64,000 bases of DNA. Origin: Trichosphaerium sp. ATCC 40318 (Eukaryota > Protista > Tubulinea). The DNA is taken from contig JALMLS010000479.1 in assembly GCA_038496445.1 (NCBI GenBank), positions 124,001-188,000 of the forward strand, read 5' to 3'. Numbering within the stretch: the stretch's first letter is position 1; each line of letters begins with the position of its first letter. Positions 56,579-64,000 of this stretch are shown here, piece by piece. A program made the position numbers and the translations under genes. A model generated the notes under the pieces. The model was given only the letters and a program-made list of their open reading frames with translations. It made no database searches and was not told the origin of the DNA.

Positions 56579-59500
56579 TACACCACACACGAACTGCTAC
56601 AGCCATTTGGCTACGTGCCGATAAGTAACGCGTAGCGCAACCACTTTTATACCACAGGCAACCCATGTATTGACGAATCAAGGTTTGACACTAATGGCTA
56701 ATGTACCAGTAAGTCTACAGCTTCACCTGGCCCATATTATATTTTTACCGGCGTATTTACAGTTCAAATGCATTGCTGGAGAGGTCGACACAATATTGGA
56801 GGGTGTAACGTGCACGCATGATGCAAATGTAAAGACAAAAGTAATTGGAGAGCTGCATCTCACCAATTATCGCATTGCTTTTACTTCGAGCGACACAAGC
56901 GTACGTGGATGTCTGTCGGTGTTTCAAAAAGTTAGCAAATGTACCACTCCACGTTAACGCTTTTATTAGGCTCCTTTGGCTTTTAGAAGATGGAGCGTAC
57001 CAATAGGCGCTATAGTTCATTTTTCTAAACCGCGATTGCACAATCCTGTTGGCAGTTTGGTCAAGTCCCTCGGCAAATGTACGTCATAGGTGTTAACTGA
57101 CACGCAACACTATTTGTGTTATTGTTTTGATCTTGTGGTTCCACAAGCGCTGGTTTGAAACTAACTTTGAGGTTCCATTTTAGCGCCATTGACAGTCAAG
57201 CCTAAAACCTTGCAATTTATATCAAGACCATTCTGTAAACGCGTATTGGGCTTTCCTGGCAACACCAACCACAGCAGAACAGTGAGTCAGTTTTTAACAA
57301 AAAACACTCTCTCAAAGACTGTCAACAATGGTCTTTTTTGCTTCTCAAATAGAGAAGTCATACAAGTACGTCTTGGCCAAATACTACCCTTTTTGTGCTA
57401 GTTAACGCGAAGACATGATTAACAAGGATTTAGAGCGCTATAAATGGATGGTACTTGTACAATGTAGCTTCTGAGATAAAACGGATGCGACTCTTTCCAT
57501 CTGACAATTGGCGTCTGTGTGTTGTAAGTACTTTCAATTTTCGAGCTTGACCATGCGCTGCACGACCTTGACGTGTGCACAGCCACCTAATACACTTTTT
57601 TTTATGTTAGAAAGCTGACGTGATATCATCTTACTACCCCAACACCGTAATTGTACCTAATTCTGTAACTGATGCACAACTTCAAAGTACGCCTTGCATT
57701 GGGTTGATGTGCTGTTATTGATACCCCTTTAGCTGCTGCTTCTGCTCGCGGTGGTGAGTTCCCTCACGTGGTTTGGGGATCAACAGTTCATGAAGGGTTG
57801 CTATTGCGAGCTGGAGAACCAGTAGATTGGAGCGCTGACATGAGCCATGATGCTGCCATTTGCAATGTACACAACCGAAAGTTATTATAAAACTATTCTT
57901 AACGCCAAAACCAGGCCATTGCTATCAAGAACTCAGATACGATAAAAGTATTTAGCGCTTCTGGGATGTCAAGGAAGGTACCTTCGTACTACAACGACTG
58001 CTTTACTTGGTATTGGTGCGTGGTGGTTCATTGACTATGTTTATGAAAAAAAAAGGTAACCTTGCCTAACTAACCTCTCCATAAGGATGGACCTCAACGA
58101 ATCAGTCGCAACGCTGTATCAAGACATTGACAAATTACACACATTGATCGACGGCACCAACACGCTACCTGACCTATCCGATTTGAGTTGGTACGTGTGT
58201 TCACCTCACCCCTAAGAAAAGGAAAAAAAAGTCAAATATCTATTAACCGCGCTCAAGGATACAATATTGTCAGCGCATTATCCAACTGGTAATGGGCATT
58301 GTTATGTTAGTAGAAAAAGAGAACTTTGTACTCGTGCAGGTAATTTACACGTTGCCGTCCGATTAAATGTCAACAAGAGTTAACATCATGCTTTTTTAGG
58401 GGTCAAGGAGGAATTTAACGTATTATGCGGTGATATCACTCGCACAATTCGTACTCGATCCAACGTACAGAACGGTGGAAGGATTTATCAGATTGATTGA
58501 GAAGGATTGGATACGCTACAGTTATCCCTTCTATGACGCCATGGCCCACAAGGACAAAATCCGTCCTCATTTCGAACTATTCATGACATGTGTTTGGGTG
58601 CGCTGCTGTTTAACACTTCACTTTACTTTACTACTTTCATTCGTCGTCTTAACAATACTGTTTGTAGCTCATTTGGAACGAGTTCTCGGCGCAGTGCGAG
58701 TTCAACGAGGAACTGATCATATTCCTGATGAAGCACCAGTTCTCGTGTAGGTATGGCTCCTTCTGCTTTAATAATCAAACCGAAAAGCTGGAGTTTGAGT
58801 TTATCAACAAATCTCCTTCCGTCTGGAATCACGTGCTTCTCAATCGCACTGATTTCATTAACGGCGCATACCTTCCAGATAAGCGCGTTCTCAATGTGGT
58901 ACGTCTACATAAGTGCCTAATGGAACACATGTGCTTTGTCTCCACAACAGAGTAAGCGTACTAATGCAAGGATAATTAGGTATTGTCTACAAGAGTTCCC
59001 TATGTTTTTTTCAGCTATTTCATGCAAGGACATGCGCACCATTGTTTGTCGCAATCAGCTGCTTTGGCAGCCCTCGATTTCAGTGACACATTGTCGGTAG
59101 CTTCTCAAGTCTCGCTGAATTTGAGCAAGATGGGATTATTGGCTGCTCCTCATCAAATTTTTACTTGTCACCAACTTAAAGAGTTGGACTTGTCTCACAA
59201 CCTCTTACAGAATCTCCCTCAAAAGATTTGGTGTTTTACAGGTGCGCCCTTGAATTGTGTAAAACATTATTAGTATCATCATCACTTGTGTATTCCTGAC
59301 ACTCTCAAAAGGGCTTCAAGTACTGAACATGTCCAACAATCCATTGTACATGGTGTCCAAAGATCGAATGCAGATGCTAAAGAAACTGACCTGCTTGCAA
59401 GTTCTTAAACTTGACACGTGCGCACAACCTTGGCTCAAGAATTGTTTATCACTTATTCATGTACTAGCACACTCATTCGCTCTTTTCCAATGTCAGCTTT

Positions 59501-62500
59501 ATCCATGACCTCTCTACGAGAGCTATCCCTCAACAATATAAAAGGTATCACCACAAATACTAGCATCATTGTCATTTACTAACAGCATTGTGATTAGACC
59601 TCAGGTTGCCTACTAAGTTCCCAGAAAACAATCATCTTCTGAGGTTTTCGTTTCGCGGCGGATCTCTGCAACATATTCCTGCCTACCTCAAATCCTTGCG
59701 CGCTCTAGAGGTTATTGACGTGGGCAACAATGACATGACTTCGATTGACATGGAACTACTATCGGTCTGGCAGCTCCGGTCGTTGAAACTAGATCGCAAC
59801 AAAATCAAAAAGATTCCATCTGATTTGGGTAACTACAAGTGCGTTCTTTTTATCCATACCATCAAGGTTTTTACTTACTTGTATCTCGTAGTACCCTTGA
59901 GATACTGAACATATCTGGAAATTGCTTCGCAAAGTTACCACCATCTCTGTGCAACCTAGTCAACTTGAAGGAACTCTTTCTTGCAAACAACGAGCTCAGC
60001 AAACTGCCCAAAGGCTTATTGGCAAGCTTAACTAACCTGCAAGTCCTTGACATCAGCCACAACCACTTTGGCGACTGTCCACAACAAATATCGCATCTCA
60101 CCAAACTTGTGACGCTAAAAGCAAATAATAACAAGTTTACAACACTGCGGGCAGACATCCTCATGTTGACCAACTTGCGGACTTTAGGTAACTTTCTTTT
60201 AATTAATGGCGCCTCTGTCATGTCAATTACTTTTTTTTAATTAACGTGAATCAATAGACATCAAGCACAATCAAATCAGGGATTTGCCAGTTGCAATAGG
60301 GAGCTTGACTACATTGCAAAGCTTAGATATTTCGTCAAACAAGTTACAGTTTATTCCACCTACAATAGTACGTACTAGCTCTTCTTTTTCAGCAATTCAC
60401 CATACGCGCAGGGAGGGCTTTACGGTAGGCTTGACACATTCCGCTTCAAGGGTAACCCGCTATCGGAACACGAACTGCCAGAGGCCATACTCGATGGAGA
60501 TCCACAAGACATGCTCGCTTTTTTAAATGCTCTGCTTGGTGGTGATAAACCAGTGTATCGCATAAAGCTCATGTTGGTCGGTGAGGAGAATGTAGGCAAA
60601 ACTACTCTGGTAAAGGCTTTAACAGCACAATGGCGTACACCTGCCGACGCCAATGGAGCCATCAATGCACAAACCCTGAAACAAGGGCAAGTCAACACAG
60701 AAAACTTCTCTACGGACGGGATAGATATCACCACTGCTGAATTTGATTTTAACATCAAAAAGAAAAACAGCAAAAGCGAGAAAAAGGTTACAATGACGAT
60801 CAACTTTTGGGACTTTGCAGGCCAAGATGTGTACTATCCAACACATCAATTTTTCTTGTCCAATCACGCGGTTTATTTGGTTGTTTGGAACATTACAAAG
60901 CCGCCTGAAGCCTCTCGCATAGAGTATTGGCTCTATAATATTCAAGCCAAGGTGCAAAAGGCCAATGTTCTTCTCGTTGCAACACATTTGGATGAAGCTA
61001 ATATTACAAAAGATCAAGTGCAAGGTGCGCAAAAATTATATATTTCATTAGGTATCACTTTCACGTTGCTAAAAACGATGGTGTTAATAATAGGCATGTT
61101 CACGCCAATGAAGGCACAGTACAAAAAGAAGTTTCCTTTGTTTGTGTTCAGCATGGCCGCTGTTAGCTGTGAAGACGGAACTGGTGTTCCAGCGCTGACT
61201 AAACAGCTTGAGAAGTTCATCATGAAACAAAAGGTGGTGGGACAGCGCTATCCCAAGTCCTATGTGCTCCTTGAAAAGCTAATCGAGGAAGAACGCTTCG
61301 TTGTTAGTCCACCAATTATATCACTGGACGCTTTCATACACATGGGCAAGCTGTGTCGTATTGATTCAGAAGAGGATATACTCAGAGCTGCAAAGCTACT
61401 ACACGAGCTTGGATCTGTAATATACTTTCAAAATGGTAAGTCAAAAAAACTAGTTGTAGTCTTACACACGTCCATCTAACCACCCAACCCGCCTAGATCC
61501 CAAACTGCGCGATTATGTCATTCTTTCACCCCAATGGTTGCCACAGATGTTGTCCACGTTAATTACAACCAAACACCGCTTCTTAAAGCAAGGCATACTG
61601 CAGCACAAAGGTACAACTATATACATGTGTTAGGAAACGTCAATACTAAAAGATACCTTCACAAGATGTACCATTCATTTGGAAGCCACCAGCGTACCCA
61701 GAGAAGCTTCACCGACACTTGTTTATGCTACTCGAAAAGTTTGAAATTACGTACAATCTAGTATCCAACAAAGGGAAGACTATCATACCGCTACAAGATC
61801 AAGACGGTCAATTGAGGGCGCTCAGAGCATTGGTATTCCAGCTACAACATTATATCATGGCTGTTTTTCGCTAATTATACATCTCTAGATGCTGGTAGCT
61901 CGCGAAATTAATAAGAGACCATGCCACACTGGCTTTTATAGGGACCCTGTAAATATCGCAGGCGAACACACTGACGAGGTGAGCAAATCATTTGCATTTT
62001 AAAATGATAGGTTGAAATCTAATGTGTTGTGCAAATAGCGCAAGCCAGGGCGAGCTACAATATCATCGCCTAAGACCAACAGATTTAGAAAAGAGCGTGC
62101 CCCTCTACCTCATCGTCGCGTTTTATCGGAAGTGAACAATGAACGAAGCAAAGAACCCAAAGCAGCGCGTAGAATGGTTTCAGAATTAGCGTTAAGTTCA
62201 AGGTCTGAGCAAAGCATAAGACTGGAGCGTCACAAATCAGCTAGAGGTCCATTTCAAAAGCCAACGTACACAACCAGAAAGTGGCTACCTGACACCAAGG
62301 CTGAATTTGTAGCTGAAATGCTAGGGAAGAGACAAGATACAGCTCTATCCGAACTGTCTTTAGTACCTTGCATGCTACCAAAGGTAGAGCATCCAGCATT
62401 GAAAGCTGAGCTCTGGGAGAAATTTCCTGAATCGCTAGAACTTACGCGACTCTATGTGTATGGCCTACTTTTTTCTGGTATGAAGAGGCGCTTACCACTT

Positions 62501-64000
62501 TCTTGATAGGTTCCGATTTGTGCCTACAGGATTGTTCAGTAGACTGATGATACGTGTTTTGAACTTGTACAGAGATGATGAGCATGGCATCACGTTGTAT
62601 TGGCGTGATGGTATCTTTCTTGCTACAGGTAATTCACATACATTCACAGATTTTTACTGGCTAGCCAATAGCTCATTATTTGTCTAGCTGTTAACGGCAC
62701 TGTTATTAAAATCATGATACGTCTCGGAGAAAGAGGTTCGCTACTTTATCTAATCACAGTTGTGTTGACACAGTCGTATTACTTTTTAGATCTGAACGTG
62801 GTGGTAAGGGGCGACTATTTCAAGGATTTATCTCCGCTGTTTTCGGGTCTGGTGGAGGCAATTGAATGCCTTCTAGACGAGTGGCCTAACATAGATGTTT
62901 ACCGCTTAGTAAAGTGCACGTCTTGCAGGAGCAAGCAAATTGTACGGTCCACTAGCGCATATCTTCAAAACCGCTGACGCAACGATTAGGAACCTGCTAA
63001 GACATTTACCCTTGATGAACTGAACGAGATTTCTAGATTGGGCAAAGTAGTCGTATCATGCAATATATGCAAATGCGACAGTGTACAACTACAACAACTC
63101 ACACCTGATCAACAGCTTGTATTCCTGCGTGTACGCATGATGACAATGCAGTCTAGTACAAACAAGTCTAACTCTGGTGCTAGGGAAACAAAATAGAATT
63201 CTCAGACATTACAATCGAAAAGAAGATTGGCAGAGGTGGTTTCGCTACAGTCTACAAAGGTATGATCCCTTTTCAGGTTCTGTGGTGTTTGAGCTTGATG
63301 CTTCATGCATTTACCTTACTCATGCAACACCAGGTATATACAACAGAGAGCCTGTTGCTGTGAAGGAATTGGAGGTATCCAAAAACGAGGGTCCTCAGCA
63401 CAAGTTGAAAATGGATAAAGTCTTTAACGAATTTCGAAAGGAGGTGTTGGTCATGAGGTGAGTCAGACTTTGTATATCGCGTGTGTGCTAATGCTTCGTT
63501 TCTCCCATTTGCAGTGGCCTACAACATCCAAATTGCGTAAAGTTGATAGGCGTCTGCACTGACCCGTACTGTATTATAACTGAACTCATACCTCACGGCA
63601 ACCTATTCGAGTTTGTACATAACAAAGACAACGTGATTGATTGGGACTTTACAATTAAAATATGCTTGGACATTGCGAACGGCATGAAGTAAGAACCCCG
63701 CACCTGCCTCCTCGATATTTGTGTTGGTACTAACAGCAGACACAGGTTTTTGCACAACGCATCACCGCCAATCATACACAACGACTTGAAGAGTCCAAAC
63801 ATTTTAATGAGTTCGCTGGACAAGAATGCTCCCGTCTGCTGCAAAATCACAGATTTCGGGCTATCGATGCAAGGTTTGCCGACCATGTATAGACGCTTCG
63901 TTGACTGTCCCGTCTGGCTTGCACCTGAAGTCATGAAAGCCAATGCATACAATGAACGTGTAGATATATACAGCTTTGCTGTGATCATGTACGAGGTATT
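56579..64000 (+). CDS. Roco protein (GRAM-myotubularin-like-LRR-Roc-COR-kinase), Pats1-like; 3'-truncated, start uncertain
   Basis: GELHLTNYRIAF (GRAM), SLAQFVLDPTYRTVEGFIRLIEKDW (myotubularin), LRRs, Roc GEENVGKT/WDFAGQ/ATHLD, COR LLHELGSVIYF, kinase IGRGGFATVY, VAVK, HNDLKSPN, DFG, WLAPE. Confidence 0.92.

Overview
Gene-dense, intron-rich, AT-rich eukaryotic DNA with short (mostly ~40-60 nt) spliceosomal introns. It is most likely amoebozoan, inferred from a tectonin and a Pats1-like Roco protein. About 22 protein-coding genes are visible: a LOV/PAC-SAM-PAS protein, amino-acid transporter, Sec14/CRAL-TRIO, B-box/C2H2 factor, LRR-TKL kinase, cullin-1, ankyrin, TMEM115, SAP/Tho1-like, AtuA-like, tectonin, TPR, Dug3/EgtC-like amidotransferase, Roco and several hypotheticals. 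The standout is 14994-19565 (+): hand-splicing gives one ~1,170-aa reading frame joining TFIIE-beta, the TFIIE-alpha N-terminal half and a divergent but motif-intact XPB translocase. This is a candidate single-chain promoter-opening factor that I do not recognise as described. A CpG-depleted ~7.3 kb repeat island (~43.1-50.4 kb) holds decayed L1-like 3' fragments and three related non-autonomous DNA transposons with CAGT termini and variable 2-bp target-site duplications. GC-AG introns appear unusually frequent. All gene models are manual and all homologies are by motif recognition; no searches were run.
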